DNA of 64,000 nucleotides from Planktothrix sp. GU0601_MAG3 (GCA_035193785.1 CP136572.1:3796578-3860577), one strand, 5' to 3'; positions 1 to 12,911 are shown, counted from the first letter of the stretch. The notes: generated by a model not told the origin, from the sequence alone. A program made the numbers and translations.

Positions 1-1614
1 GGTTCCATTGAAGGGACTATGGACGCCTCCAATATGCTCAAACCCGCCCTCGCCCGGGGTGAGTTGCAATGCTTAGGGGCGACTACCCTGGATGAATACC
101 GCAAATATATTGAACGGGATGCGGCCCTGGAACGGCGTTTCCAACCCGTGATGGTCGGCGAACCCACCGTGGAAGAAACCGTAGAAATTCTGTTCGGGTT
201 GCGTCGCGCCTATGAACAACACCATCAATTAACGATTTCCGATCAGGCTTTATACGCGGCGGCGACCTTATCCGATCGTTATATTAGCGATCGCTTTTTA
301 CCCGATAAAGCCATCGATTTAATTGATGAAGCAGGTTCCCGAGTGCGGGTGATGAATTCCAAAGTTCCCCCAGAATTACGGGAATTAAAACGGGAATTAA
401 CTAAAGTTATTGGCGAAAAAGAAACGGCCGTTAAACTCCAAGATTTCGACCAAGCCAGTCAACTGCGCGATCGGGAATTGGAAATCAAAGATAAACTGGA
501 AACCCCGACTCAAAAAACCAATATAGCGGGTACGGGTTTAGTTGTTACAGAAGACGATATTGCCGAAATTTTAGCCTCTTGGACAGGTATTAATGTCAAT
601 AAATTAACCGAATCGGAATCGGTAAAATTATTGAAATTGGAAGATATCTTACATGAACGTTTAATTGGTCAAAATGAAGCGGTAGGGGCCGTTTCTCGCG
701 CCATTCGTCGTGCCCGGGTGGGGTTAAAAAATCCCGATCGCCCGATTGCTAGTTTCATTTTTTCTGGCCCCACGGGAGTCGGAAAAACCGAATTAACTAA
801 GGCCCTAGCGACCTATTTCTTTGGGGCAGAAGACGCGATGATTCGTTTAGATATGTCGGAATATATGGAACGACATACGGTGTCTAAATTAATCGGTTCT
901 CCCCCAGGATTTGTAGGCTATGAAGAAGGGGGACAATTAACCGAAGCTGTCCGTCGTCGTCCCTATACGGTGGTGCTATTTGATGAAATTGAAAAAGCCC
1001 ATCCCGATGTCTTCAATTTGTTATTACAAATCTTAGAAGATGGTCGTTTAACCGATGCCAAAGGTCGCACGGTCAGTTTCAAAAACACCTTAATTATTAT
1101 GACCTCGAACGTGGGTTCTAAGGTGATTGAAAAAGGCGGCGGCGGTTTAGGATTTGAATGGGGTGCTGCTTCAGAAGCCGATCAGCAATATAACCGGATT
1201 AAAAATTTAGTCCATGAGGAACTAAAACAATATTTCCGTCCTGAGTTTCTTAACCGTTTGGATGAAATTATTGTCTTCCGTCAATTGCAAAAATCCGAAG
1301 TTAAACAAATTGCGGAAATTCTACTCCGAGATCTGCTCGCCCGGTTAATGGAAAGAGACATTACTTTAACTGTCAGTGAAGGCTTTAAAGATCATTTAGT
1401 TAATGTGGGTTTTGACCAGAATTATGGGGCAAGGCCCTTACGTCGAGCCCTAATGAATCTGTTAGAAGATGCCTTGGCTGAAGCCTTATTAGCCGGAACA
1501 ATTAAGGATGGAGATCGGGCATTTATTGATGTAGATCAACAGGGAAAAGTTACAATTTCACCCGGAGATCATGCCCCTAATTCTATTAATGAATACGCCG
1601 TTACCCATTCCTAA
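1..1614 (+). CDS. clpC: ATP-dependent Clp protease ATP-binding subunit ClpC (5' end outside window)
   Basis: [17 protein letters not shown], second Walker A GPTGVGKT, Walker [19 protein letters not shown]; the frame is open from base 1. Confidence 0.93.
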   Translation, partial: GSIEGTMDASNMLKPALARGELQCLGATTLDEYRKYIERDAALERRFQPVMVGEPTVEETVEILFGLRRAYEQHHQLTISDQALYAAATLSDRYISDRFLPDKAIDLIDEAGSRVRVMNSKVPPELRELKRELTKVIGEKETAVKLQDFDQASQLRDRELEIKDKLETPTQKTNIAGTGLVVTEDDIAEILASWTGINVNKLTESESVKLLKLEDILHERLIGQNEAVGAVSRAIRRARVGLKNPDRPIASFIFSGPTGVGKTELTKALATYFFGAEDAMIRLDMSEYMERHTVSKLIGSPPGFVGYEEGGQLTEAVRRRPYTVVLFDEIEKAHPDVFNLLLQILEDGRLTDAKGRTVSFKNTLIIMTSNVGSKVIEKGGGGLGFEWGAASEADQQYNRIKNLVHEELKQYFRPEFLNRLDEIIVFRQLQKSEVKQIAEILLRDLLARLMERDITLTVSEGFKDHLVNVGFDQNYGARPLRRALMNLLEDALAEALLAGTIKDGDRAFIDVDQQGKVTISPGDHAPNSINEYAVTHS

Positions 1615-1633
1615 TTCACTTTAATTCTCATCC

Positions 1634-1663
1634 AACCCGTCTTACTCCGGTAGGGCGGGTTTT
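1634..1663 (+). terminator. Hairpin downstream of clpC (terminator / REP-like)
   Basis: aacccgtcttac-tccg-gtagggcgggtt followed by T-run. Confidence 0.6.
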
Positions 1664-1857
1664 GTATAGCAATAGGCAATGGGTAAATACTTACTATGAG
1701 CAGCTTTTAGCTTTCAAGAATGTCCTAATAGATGCGGCAACTGCTATATATCAAGTTTACTATCCTAGTTGAAGATCAATAATTGAGCCCTGAAGGGCTC
1801 ACTACGATGTTAAGATACAATAAAAATCAATTAACAAGAATCATTCAGGATACTGTT

Positions 1858-4750
1858 GTGACAGAAGCCAAATCCTATAAAGATAGCGTCAACTTGCCCC
1901 AAACAAAATTTGATATGCGGGCAAACGCCGTGAAGCGAGAACCGGAAATCCAAGCCTTTTGGGCCGAACAGGAAATTTATCAACGCCTGTCACAAAATAA
2001 CCCCGGTGAACTATTTATTTTACATGATGGCCCCCCCTATGCGAATGGGGTGTTGCATATTGGTCATGCTCTGAATAAAATTCTTAAAGATATTATTAAT
2101 CGCTATCAAATTTTACAGGGTCGTAAAGTTCGTTATGTTCCTGGGTGGGACTGTCATGGTTTACCCATTGAATTGAAAGTATTACAAAACATGAAAGCCG
2201 GGGAACGGGAACAATTAACCCCCTTAACTTTGCGTCACAAAGCCCGGGATTTCGCCTTACAAGCCGTTGAACAACAGAAAACCAGTTTCAAACGGTATGG
2301 AGTTTGGGGCGACTGGGAACACCCCTATTTAACGCTAAAACCCGAATATGAAGCCGCCCAAATTGGCGTATTTGGCAAGATGGTTTTAGAGGGATATATT
2401 TACCGAGGACACAAACCCGTGCACTGGAGTCCGAGTTCTAAAACTGCCTTAGCGGAAGCGGAATTAGAATATCCTGAAGGTCACATTTCCCGCAGTTTAT
2501 TTGCCGCCTTTAAACTATTAACCGTATCTGAACCCCTGCGGGAATTATTAACGCCCTTTCTATCGGAATTAGGGGTAGCAATTTGGACAACAACCCCCTG
2601 GACAATTCCAGGTAATTTAGCCGTTGCAGTTAACCCCGCGTTAAATTATGCCGTTGTGGAAGTGGGGGAAAGTGACAAACCTGTGGCGTTTAAATATTTA
2701 ATTGTGGCGGCGGATTTAGCTGAACAATTATCAGTAACTCTGGGTTATTCCTTAACAGTTAAAGCCACATTTAAAGGCAAGGATTTAGAAAATTCCACCT
2801 ATAAACATCCCCTATTTAATCGAAGAAGTCCGATAGTTATTGGTGGGGATTATATTACCACAGAATCCGGTACGGGATTAGTTCATACCGCCCCCGGTCA
2901 TGGTCAAGAAGACTATATTGTTGGTCAGAAATATGGTTTACCAATTTTATCCCCCGTGGATGATCAAGGAAACTTTACCGATGAAGCCGGAAAATTTGAA
3001 GGATTAAATGTTTTAGGAGAAGGAAATGGGGCAATTATTGAGGCTTTAACAGAAGTTAATTCCCTATTAAAAGAAGAACCCTATCAACATAAATATCCCT
3101 ACGATTGGCGCACAAAAAAACCCACAATTTTTAGAGCCACCGAACAATGGTTTGCCTCGGTTGAAGGGTTTCGAGATGCGGCTTTAAAAGCAATTTCTGA
3201 GGTAGAATGGATTCCCGCCCAAGGAGAAAATCGGATTACTTCCATGGTAGTTGATCGCAGTGATTGGTGTATTTCTCGACAACGGAGTTGGGGGGTTCCG
3301 ATTCCGGTTTTTTATGATGAAGAAACCAACGAACCCCTATTAAATGAAAGCACAATTAATCACGTTCAAACTATTATTGCCGAAAGGGGTTTCCGATGCT
3401 TGGTGGGAGTTATCAATTGAAGAATTATTACCCCCAGAATATCATAATAATGGTAGGACGTATCGCAAGGGAACCGACACCATGGATGTGTGGTTTGATT
3501 CCGGTTCTTCTTGGGCGGCTGTTGCTAATCAACGCCCCGAATTAAAGTATCCGGCGGATATGTATTTAGAAGGTTCTGATCAACATCGGGGCTGGTTTCA
3601 ATCAAGTTTATTAACCAGTGTCGCTAACTATGGTCATGCTCCCTATAAAACCGTATTAACCCATGGATTTGTCCTCGATGAAAAGGGGATGAAAATGAGT
3701 AAATCCATAGGAAATGTAGTTGACCCGGCGATCGTAATTGAAGGGGGGAAAAATCAACAACAGGAGCCACCCTATGGGGCTGATATTCTGCGGTTGTGGG
3801 TGTCTTCGGTGGATTATTCTTCGGATGTTCCCCTGGGGAAAAATATCCTCAAACAGATGGGGGATGTTTACCGCAAAATCAGAAATACTGCCCGATTTTT
3901 ATTAGGGAATTTGCATGATTTTGATCCGATAAAAGATACGGTTAAATACGAAGAATTACCGGAATTAGATCAATATATGCTCCACCGGATTACGGAGGTT
4001 TTTACTGAAGTAACAGAAGCCTTTGAGAGTTATCAATTTTTCCGATTCTTCCAGGTAATTCAGAATTTCTGTGTGGTGGATTTATCTAATTTCTATTTAG
4101 ATATTGCCAAAGATCGGTTATATATTAGTGGGGCTGATGGGTTTCGGCGTCGCAGTTGTCAAACGGTTTTAGCGGTGGCGTTGGAAAATTTGGCCGCATC
4201 GATCGCCCCCGTATTATGCCATACGGCCGAAGATATTTGGCAAAATATTCCCTATTCTACGCCCCAGGCTTCGGTGTTTGAAGCGGGTTGGGTAAGGTTA
4301 GAAAAACAGTGGGAAAAGCCAGAATTAGGGACGTTATGGCAACAGTTACGACGGATTAGAAGTGATGTTAATGTTGTCTTAGAAAAAGCCCGTCAGGACA
4401 AAATTATTGGTGCATCCTTAGAAGCCAAAGTCCTATTATATGTGGCGGATCAGGATTTGCGTCAACAGATGCAACAAATGAACCCCAAAACCACAGAATT
4501 AAAAGATAATAATGGGGTTGATGAATTGCGGTATTTGTTGATTTGTTCCCAGGTTGAACTATTAGATACCCCCGAACCTTTAAACGGTTTACCCTATAAC
4601 CAACAGTTTGAAGATTTGGGAATTGGTGTTGTTAAAGCCGATGGGGAAAAATGCGATCGCTGTTGGAATTATTCCGTTCATGTTGGGGAATCAAAAGAAG
4701 ATCCTACCATTTGTGAACGGTGTATTGAGGCGTTAGCAGGAACATTTTAA
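1858..4750 (+). CDS. ileS: Isoleucine--tRNA ligase (one +1 frameshift at 3389-3393 GTTTC)
   Basis: [26 protein letters not shown]-terminal zinc finger CDRCW..CERC; two ORFs join on removing one T. Confidence 0.96.
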
Positions 4751-4764
4751 AACTATTTCTAAAA

Positions 4765-4822
4765 GTAGTAAGCCCTTTAGGGCTTTCTTCCCCAGAAGAC
4801 TAAACCCTAAAGGGCTTACTAC
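4765..4822. repeat. Palindromic REP/MITE-like element
   Basis: gtagtaagccctttaggg ... ccctaaagggcttactac, 18-bp perfect inverted repeat. Confidence 0.75.
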
Positions 4823-4856
4823 AAAGCTGTTGATAAATCTTGTTTTCTGATAAAAG

Positions 4857-6210
4857 ATGCGATTCTCAAAAATATTAATTGCCAATCGAGGGGAAATAGC
4901 TTTACGGATTCTTCGCACCTGCGAGGAGATGGGTATTGCGACGGTTGCTGTTCATTCAACGGTTGATCGCACTGCCCTCCATGTCCAACTGGCCGATGAA
5001 GCCGTTTGTATCGGGGAAACCCAGCAGCAGTAAAAGCTATTTGAATATTCCCAATATTATCGCCGCCGCCCTGACCCGCAACGCCACGGCCATTCATCCC
5101 GGCTACGGATTTCTGGCGGAAAACGCCCGATTTGCTGAAATTTGTGCCGACCATGATATTGCCTTCATCGGCCCCACACCCCACGCCATGCGGTCAATGG
5201 GAGACAAATCAACGGCCAAGGAAACCATGCAACGGGTGGGAGTTCCCACCGTCCCGGGTAGTGATGGACTCCTGAGTGATGACAAGGAAGCCCTGCAACT
5301 AGCCCGCAAAATCGGTTATCCGGTAATTATTAAGGCCACCGCCGGGGGTGGAGGTCGGGGAATGCGGTTAGTTAGGGAAGATTCGGAACTTCCTAAACTA
5401 TTTGCTGCGGCCCAAGGGGAAGCGGAAGCCGCCTTTGGGAATCCGGGGGTTTATTTAGAGAAATTTATTGAACGTCCTCGCCATATTGAAATTCAGATTT
5501 TAGCTGATAATTATGGCAATGTTATTTACCTGGGAGAAAGGGATTGTTCGATTCAAAGACGTCACCAAAAACTATTAGAAGAAGCACCGAGTTCTTTTAT
5601 TACTCCTAAACTGCGTCAAAAGATGGGAACGGCGGCGGTAAAAGCGGCTAAATCTATTAATTATACCGGGGCGGGCACCGTTGAATTTCTAGTTGATCAA
5701 TCGGGAAATTTCTATTTTATGGAAATGAATACCCGGATTCAAGTAGAACATCCGGTCACGGAAATGATCACCGGATTAGATTTAATTGCTGAACAAATTC
5801 GCATCGCCCAAGGGGAAAAGTTATTATTAAATCAAAGTCAAGTAGTTTTGCGCGGTCATTCGATTGAATGTCGGATTAATGCTGAAGATCCTGAACATAA
5901 TTTCCGCCCCCACCCCGGACGGATTAGTGGTTATTTACCTCCTGGGGGAAATGGGGTGAGAATTGATTCCCACGTCTATACGGATTATGAAATTCCCCCC
6001 TATTATGATTCTTTAATTGGCAAGTTAATTGTTTGGGGGCCAGACCGTCCGACGGCGATTCTCAAAATGAAACGGGCGTTACGGGAATTTGCAATTACTG
6101 GAGTTCCGACAACCATCGGATTTCATCAAAAAATATTAGAAAATCCCGAATTTATTCGGGGGGAAATTTATACAAACTTTGTGGAAAAAATGATGAACAA
6201 AGGGGAATAA
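4857..6210 (+). CDS. accC: Acetyl-CoA carboxylase biotin carboxylase subunit (frameshift at 5016-5020 GAAAC)
   Basis: [17 protein letters not shown] at 4857, [32 protein letters not shown]. Confidence 0.96.
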
Positions 6211-6303
6211 TAAACCTGGCAATTATGGTATAATGGAAGTAAGGGCAACTCGCCCTCATAACCTAAAATCTAACTCAGACCCTAAGTATCGGGAGTAAGT
6301 GGG

Positions 6304-7122
6304 GTGAAAACAATCAATATCCAATCCTTTCTAGGATATGAAAAACCGCCGGTGGTGGAGGTCGTTTGTGGCATTTTGTTTCAGGATCTACAATTGCTAC
6401 TAACTCCTCACATTGGCTTGCTGTGGCAAAAATTTCAACACGAGTACCCCGAATGCGAGGAACTTCCCCCTTTAGCACCAGCTATAGAGTTTTTTGACGA
6501 ATCACCGGATATCAATGTTGTTTTTTCTAAAATCCCACCAACACCGAGAATCTGGTTTATAGAAACTAACGGTAACAAAGTTATTCAACTTCAGCGCGAT
6601 CGCTTACTACATAATTGGAGAAAGGTAGAATCTGAGGATACCTATCCTCGATATCAAACTGTGCTTGAAACATTTCAAAACCATTTGTCAACCTTTGAAG
6701 AATTTCTTAAAGAAAATGATTTAGGAATAATTATTCCTAGACAGTATGAACTCACTTATGTCAACCATATTGAACAAGGAGAAAGATGGAACCGGATTGA
6801 AGATATTAATCAAATTTTTCCTAATTTTTCTTGGAAAATAAACCTTGATCAACTTCCTGAACTTGAAGCAATTAACTGGCGAACTTCATTATTATTACCT
6901 GATCAAATAGGTCGATTACACCTATCCATTCGCAATGGAATCCGAGAAGAAGATAATCAAAATGTATTTGTTTTTGAACTCAATGCTCGTGGAATTGGTT
7001 CTGATCAATCACAAAACTCAATGAAGGAATGGTTTGACTTAGCTCATCAATATATTATTCAAAGTTTTGTTGCTTTGACGAGCCAAGAGATGCAGGACAA
7101 CGTATGGAGGAGTATGAAATGA
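6304..7122 (+). CDS. TIGR04255 family protein
   Basis: N-terminal YEKPPVVEVVCGILF, IQLQRDRLLHNWRK..YPRY, ELTYVNHI pattern typical of the family (recognised by eye). Confidence 0.75.
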   Translation: MKTINIQSFLGYEKPPVVEVVCGILFQDLQLLLTPHIGLLWQKFQHEYPECEELPPLAPAIEFFDESPDINVVFSKIPPTPRIWFIETNGNKVIQLQRDRLLHNWRKVESEDTYPRYQTVLETFQNHLSTFEEFLKENDLGIIIPRQYELTYVNHIEQGERWNRIEDINQIFPNFSWKINLDQLPELEAINWRTSLLLPDQIGRLHLSIRNGIREEDNQNVFVFELNARGIGSDQSQNSMKEWFDLAHQYIIQSFVALTSQEMQDNVWRSMK

Positions 7123-7787
7123 CAGTCATTAACTCTGCACACTCTATTTTATCTAAAGAAAATACAACTACAACTACCACGATAAAAATTAGTGAAGTAG
7201 CTGTTAATTATGAATCTGAAGAACAACAGTCTCAAAGCAATTCTGGTATTTTTGTAAGAGATATTGGATATCGATTAAACTCAGGGTCAAATAGACGATA
7301 TCCAGCTTTATACGAACAGTCTTATTTACCATCAAGATTATCTAATCGTCAATATCTGTTAACAGTTGTTAAATCAACAGAAAAGATTGAAGAACCTGAA
7401 AACCGGAGTTTAACCCGTTTGGTTTCGTCTTTTTCTTTAAATAATTATAAAATTTATCAAATTATTGGTGAATTTTGTATGACTCCTGATCAGGGTCAAA
7501 AAGTATATCGCCTGATTTATCCTAAATTAATAGCAAACCGTCCTGTAGAATTAGATTTTACAGATGTCAAGATTTGTATTCCACCGTTTATAAATTTTGC
7601 AATTGGGCAACTTTTTAAGGATATTAAACCCGATGCTCTCAATCATCTTTTGAAAATATCAAATCTGAATCCCATCAGTCAGCAAACACTCCAGCTAGTG
7701 ATGGAGAATGCAAAATGTTATTATTCAGATGATAATTTACGCCAAGCCGTAGATCAGGTATTAACTGAACAATCTGTTTCTCTCTAA
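7119..7787 (+). CDS. STAS-like (DUF4325) domain protein with long S/T-rich N-terminal extension
   Basis: C-terminal ~115 aa GQKVY..I..VELDFTDVKI..PFINFAIGQL; ATGA overlap with upstream stop; RBS ggagg at 7106. Confidence 0.7.
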   Translation: MTVINSAHSILSKENTTTTTTIKISEVAVNYESEEQQSQSNSGIFVRDIGYRLNSGSNRRYPALYEQSYLPSRLSNRQYLLTVVKSTEKIEEPENRSLTRLVSSFSLNNYKIYQIIGEFCMTPDQGQKVYRLIYPKLIANRPVELDFTDVKICIPPFINFAIGQLFKDIKPDALNHLLKISNLNPISQQTLQLVMENAKCYYSDDNLRQAVDQVLTEQSVSL

Positions 7788-8414
7788 TGTCAATTAACTA
7801 TACAATTCAGGCAGAAGTCGTTAATATCCGGTCTGACTCACCCAAACCAGAGGATACTTTTCTTGTTGATACTAATGTTTGGTACTGGCTATTGTATTCT
7901 CGTGCACTTGAAGCTAACATTCCTCCTCATCCTTACCAAATTAATTATTACCCTTCTTATATAACAAGATGTCTTTCGGTTAAATCATTGCTATGCTATT
8001 CGGGATTATCCTTAGCGGAATTAGCTCATCTGACAGAAAAAGCAGAACTAGAAATTTTTAATCGTCGTATATCTGGAGGGGTTAAACCTAAAGAATATCG
8101 GCATAATTATTCAGTAGAAACGATCTGGGGTAGTTGCTGAAGTCAAATCAGTTTGGAGTCAAATCAAACAGATGGCTGTTCCTATCCATCTTACCCTTGA
8201 CGAATCAATAACAGATGCAGCTTTAAATCGTTTTCACACTCAATCATTAGACGGGTATGATTTATTTATTTTGGAAACGATGGAGAAGGAAGGAATAGTT
8301 AACGTAATCACCGATGATGGTGATTTTGTCACTGTACCGACTATTCGGGTTTTTACGGCTAACCATAATGTGATTTCAGCCGCCAGACACCAAGGTAAAT
8401 TAGTAACACGCTAA
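7787..8414 (+). CDS. PIN domain ribonuclease (frameshift at 8117-8121 GAAAC)
   Basis: FLVDTNVW, LAEL, LDGYDLFI, VITDDGDF acidic PIN motifs; TAATG overlap with upstream gene. Confidence 0.8.
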
Positions 8415-8492
8415 TTTGCCTCTGATTTTTGTAAAGATTTATGAATAAAGTTTAGATTTTGCAAAGGTTTATGAAGGGATGATGAAAGTTTA

Positions 8493-8565
8493 TGCGCCCT
8501 ACTGGAATCGAACCAGTCTGAAGGCGAATTATGAGTTCGCTGCCTCCCCAATCGGCCAAGGGCGC
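8493..8565 (-). tRNA. tRNA with CAU anticodon, most likely tRNA-Ile2 (lysidine-modified)
   Basis: GCGCCCTTGGCCGATTGGGGAGGCAGCGAACTCATAATTCGCCTTCAGACTGGTTCGATTCCAGTAGGGCGCA: cloverleaf, GGTTCGA T-loop, anticodon arm GCGAA-CTCATAA-TTCGC resembling cyanobacterial Ile2. Confidence 0.88.
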
Positions 8566-8714
8566 TTCCAACATTACAATATCATGTTCTCAGCCAAAAT
8601 GGTTAACGGCGATCGCTAATTTCGACTAAATTTTGAATAAGCTGTGTAGGTGATAGCATATCCTCTAGGCATTAGCCGTTAAAATAGCGAGTTAAATCAT
8701 ATCTGAATCTTGAG

Positions 8715-9414
8715 ATGGGACTAAATTCAACTGTTGTTCTGACTGTCGTTTTACTAACCATGATGTTTGGTGCTGGCTTTACCAGTTTCCGTCTGGGGCT
8801 ATGGTCTAGGTCGTTCGGCGTTGAAAGAAATTACACAACCGGATGTGCGCCCAAACAACCTAGCCAATAAAAATAAAAATGGAAACCGCCATGATGGGGT
8901 GCTGTTGCTGAAAGAGAAGGATATCCTAGCAACGGTCAAGAAGCGCATGGAAGGGAAGGATACAGCCATTGCGAGTGCATCGGCGTCATCACCGAATAAA
9001 CCGACCTCTAACCAAACCCAGAAACCGAAAACCGAAAATCCCGCCACCCCAGTAGCGAATAATAAATCGGTGTTTCCCATTGTTAGCCGTGATGGGGGGG
9101 TAAGCTTAGAAGTGGTAGAAGCAAGTCGGAAGGGGAATTCTTTGGTTTTAAATGTCAACCTCAAAAATGAAGGTCAAGAATCCGTTAGATTTCTCTATAG
9201 TTTTTTAAATGTTACCGATGATAAGGGTCGTGCTTTGAGCGCCAGTGTGGAAGAATTGCCCGGCCAATTGCCTCCTAGTGGCAAAGTTTATCAGGGAACG
9301 GTCACAATTCCTACGGCATTAGTGGAAAATTCCAAGGAATTAACCATGAGTTTAACTGATTATCCTGACCAAAAAATGCAATTACAGATGTCAGGAATTC
9401 CAGTGGCGCCATAG
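8715..9414 (+). CDS. Cyanobacterial hypothetical protein with N-terminal membrane anchor (frameshift at 8785-8789)
   Basis: MGLNSTVVLTVVLLTMMFGAG hydrophobic start joins the 215-aa ORF; beta-rich C-terminal domain. Confidence 0.7.
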
Positions 9415-9441
9415 ACATCTGGATTTTCTGCAAAGGTAATC

Positions 9442-10869
9442 ATGACACTTACGACTCAAGATGTACTGTGGCGATTGTTCTCAGTGCTATTTTTAATTAC
9501 GATTAATGCTTTTTTTGTCACGGCTGAATTTTCCGTGGTTTCGGTACGGCGATCGCGGATTAATCAATTAGTTGATGAAGGGGATGCTCCGGCGCACACC
9601 GTTCAACAACTGCAACGACGAATTGATTTATTTCTGTCCACAACTCAGTTAGGAATTACCCTTTCTAGTCTAGCATTGGGTTGGATTGGAGAAGCCACGG
9701 TAGCGATGACTTTAAAGGAAATTCTGACTCCTTTACCCCTACCAATTTCTTTCCAAAATGCTATTTCTCATTCTGTGGTAATTCCAATTTTTGCCTTTTT
9801 TCTAATTGCTTATTTGCAAATTGTCCTGGGAGAATTATATCCTAAATCCCTGGCATTAGTCTATCCTGAGCAATTATCTAGGTTTTTAGCTCCTCCTAGT
9901 TTAGCGATCGCTAGTTTTTTTAAACCCTTTGTTTGGAGTTTAAATCAATCTACCCGTTGGTTATTGCAATTATGTGGAATTCAGTTTACTGGTCATCCCT
10001 ATACCCGAGTTACTTCGGAAGAATTGCAATTAATGATTACCACATCCAGTGAATCTATTGGTTTACAAGCGGAAGAACGGGAATTACTTAATAATGTGTT
10101 TGAATTTGGGGATGTAATCGCGGAAGAAATTATGGTTCCCCGCACCAGTATTGTGGCTATTCCTAATAACGCCACCTTCCAAATGTTGCTGGATGAAATG
10201 GCAAATTCTGAACACTCTCGTTATCCAATTATGGGAGAATCTTTGGATGATATTTTAGGAACAATTGACTTTAGAGATCTAGCTAAACCCCTAGCAGATA
10301 TGTTACTATCTCAGGGTAGTTTAATTAAGCCTTGGGTACGTCCGGCGCGATTTATTTCTCAACAAATGCCCTTGAATGAGGTATTATCTCTGATGCAGCG
10401 ATCGCAGTTACAATTAGTAATTGTTGTTGATGAATTTGGCGGTACGGCCGGATTAGTTACTATTCAAGATGTGATTGCAGAAATTATTGGGGATCATTCA
10501 AATCCCACGGAATCCGAAGATGATACAATTCAATTTATCGACGATTATACTTTTTTAGTTCAAGCTCAATTAGATTTAGAGGAACTGAATGAACGTTTAG
10601 ATTTAGACTTACCTTTAACTGAAGAATATCAAACCCTAGGAGGATTTTTAATCTATCAATTCCAAAAAATTCCCTCCGTTGGAGAAACCTTACGTTATCA
10701 AACTTTTGACTTTACCATTCTATCAACAGAAGGCCCTCGTTTAGACCAGATCGAAATTTGGATAGTTGAACCAGAAACCCTAGAAACTTCCCCAGAAACC
10801 ATCAATTCCGTAGAATTTGAGGAATCCCAGGATATTTCTCAAGTTTCTGAAACTTCCCAGGAAGAATAA
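9442..10869 (+). CDS. Hemolysin/CNNM family protein (DUF21-CBS-CorC)
   Basis: NAFFVTAEFS, TQLGITLSSLALGWIGE, IVLGELYPK, HSRYP, VVDEFGGTAGLVT, TLGG. Confidence 0.92.
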   Translation: MTLTTQDVLWRLFSVLFLITINAFFVTAEFSVVSVRRSRINQLVDEGDAPAHTVQQLQRRIDLFLSTTQLGITLSSLALGWIGEATVAMTLKEILTPLPLPISFQNAISHSVVIPIFAFFLIAYLQIVLGELYPKSLALVYPEQLSRFLAPPSLAIASFFKPFVWSLNQSTRWLLQLCGIQFTGHPYTRVTSEELQLMITTSSESIGLQAEERELLNNVFEFGDVIAEEIMVPRTSIVAIPNNATFQMLLDEMANSEHSRYPIMGESLDDILGTIDFRDLAKPLADMLLSQGSLIKPWVRPARFISQQMPLNEVLSLMQRSQLQLVIVVDEFGGTAGLVTIQDVIAEIIGDHSNPTESEDDTIQFIDDYTFLVQAQLDLEELNERLDLDLPLTEEYQTLGGFLIYQFQKIPSVGETLRYQTFDFTILSTEGPRLDQIEIWIVEPETLETSPETINSVEFEESQDISQVSETSQEE

Positions 10870-11031
10870 TCAGTTATCAGTCATCAGTCATCAGTTAACA
10901 GTTATCAGTTGAAATTTTAGCCCTATTCCCTATTCCCTATTCCCTATTCCCTATTCCCTGTTCCCTGATTACTGTTTCCCTATTCCCTGTTCCCTATTCC
11001 CTATTCCCTGATTACTGATAACTGATAACTG
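10869..11031. repeat. STRR-type heptamer tandem repeats (TCAGTTA/TCAGTCA and CCCTATT/CCCTGTT)
   Basis: Visible tandem heptamers between convergent genes. Confidence 0.9.
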
Positions 11032-12911
11032 ATAGAGGAACTTCCTCAACGGCGGGATGTTTTTCTAGGGTTAAATTTGACTTTTGAGAACCGGATAAAA
11101 GTTTAAGTAGGGTGGGTTTAGGATCATGGAGAAGATAAATAATCTGATCTCCAACTTGCCAAGCTTCTGAAGCGGCTAAAACTTGAAAATTGCCATCCCT
11201 TTCTATTAATAAAGGAATTAATTCCCCAGAGCGAATTAACGCTTGTAGATGGGATATTTGAAATTCTAACCCCGGTTGACGTAAAACCGTTTCCCCTAAT
11301 TTTACTTCCTTGTCTTCCAGATAGGTATTCCACTGTTTTAAAGAAACATCTGGGATAAAAGCCTGTTGAATTTTCTCCCGATTAACAGTTATTTGGGTTT
11401 GAGGTTCCCGGGGAAATAAAGCCAATACCCGGGGCGGTTTAAATTCCGTATCTGCACGTTCAGCTAATACCACATTCACTTCCCCATTAGTTGTCATCGC
11501 CAGGAATGTTCCCATCAATTCTAATCCTGCTTCCTCCAAAACATTATGATCTAAAGCACTACTTTGATAAACCCGTAACCCTTGCTGTCTGGCGATTTCG
11601 CAGGCTTCGGTATCAGTATCAATCATCACCACTAACTCATCCCGTTCTTGGAACAATTGACCAATTAATCGACTCAAAGGATTAGAACCCACAATCACCG
11701 CCCCCGTTACCGAATGGGAAGTTACTCCTAATTTTTTAGCCATCCATCGAGCAGTTAATCCCTGAATTACCACCGTCATAATAATAGTTAGGAAAACTAA
11801 AGCCTTAATTGAGTCTCCCCCATTAATTCCCCGTTGGGTAAGTAAAATCGCAAATAAAGAAGCAACCGAAGCCGAAACAATTCCCCGGGGAGAAATCCAA
11901 GAAGCAAATAATTTTTGTCGCCAATTCAGGTTACTATTTAAAGTACAAAGCCAAATATTAATCGGACGCACAACCCACATTAAAGCCAAAACCGTTAATA
12001 CACTTCCCCATCCCAATGCCACAATACTATCTAAGGATAAATCCGCCGCTAATAAAATAAATAAAACCGACACCGCCAACATAGTTAACTGACCTTTAAA
12101 TCGGAGTAACTGACGCATATCAGGAACACCGACATAACGCACCATCATTCCCGTAACTACCGTGGTCATTAACCCCGATTCACTCATTAGTAATTCGGCG
12201 GTATCAAATAATCCCCACAGAGCCGCTAATACCACTAAATTCTTTAATTCTTCCGACATAAATTGGGCAGTTTTTAATAACCATCCCAAAATCGCCCCCC
12301 CAATTAACCCAATTCCAGCCCCAATACTTAAACGCAATAACAGTTGTCCCATAATTTCTAGGGGGTCAGTATTGCCATTTAGGACAACGTTAAGGACTAA
12401 AACCGCTAAAATCGCCCCCACTGGGTCAATTAAAACCCCTTCACCTTCTAATAGGGCGGAAACTTGACGGTCTACGGAAACCTGTTTCAGCAATGGGCCG
12501 ATGACCGTTGGGCCTGTGACCACCACCAAAGCCGCGTAGAGAAAGGCGATGGGCCAGGGGAAACTCCCCTAACCAATGGGCAGCTATTCCCGCCCCCATC
12601 AGGGTGATTAAAGTGCCAAAGGTGACTAAATTGCGCACACTCCCAGAGACTTGACCCAGCGCCCGCAGGTCTAAACTTAATCCCCCCTCAAACAAAATTA
12701 AGGCTACCGATAGGGAGACAATGACTTCTAAACCACTTCCCAAAAGGTTTGGCTGTACTAAACTTAAGCCGTCATTCCCCGCCAGAATTCCGAATAATAG
12801 CAGAAACACGATGGCGGGAACTTTCAGGTAGTCTGCCAAGACTTGAGCCGAAATCCCTGCCATGACGGTAATGACGATTAACAGGGTGATCTGAAAAGAT
12901 GATGTTTCCAT
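11012..12911 (-). CDS. Cation:proton antiporter (NhaP type) with TrkA-N domain (frameshift at 12560-12564)
   Basis: LILFEGGL, VVVTGPTVI, LLEGEGVLIDPVG, PRGIVSASVA, C-terminal IVGSN Rossmann-like domain. Confidence 0.9.

Noticed and set aside
6211..8492. Integrative element with att sites at the tRNA
   Set aside because: No integrase, and no duplicate of the tRNA 3' end seen near 6211-6303
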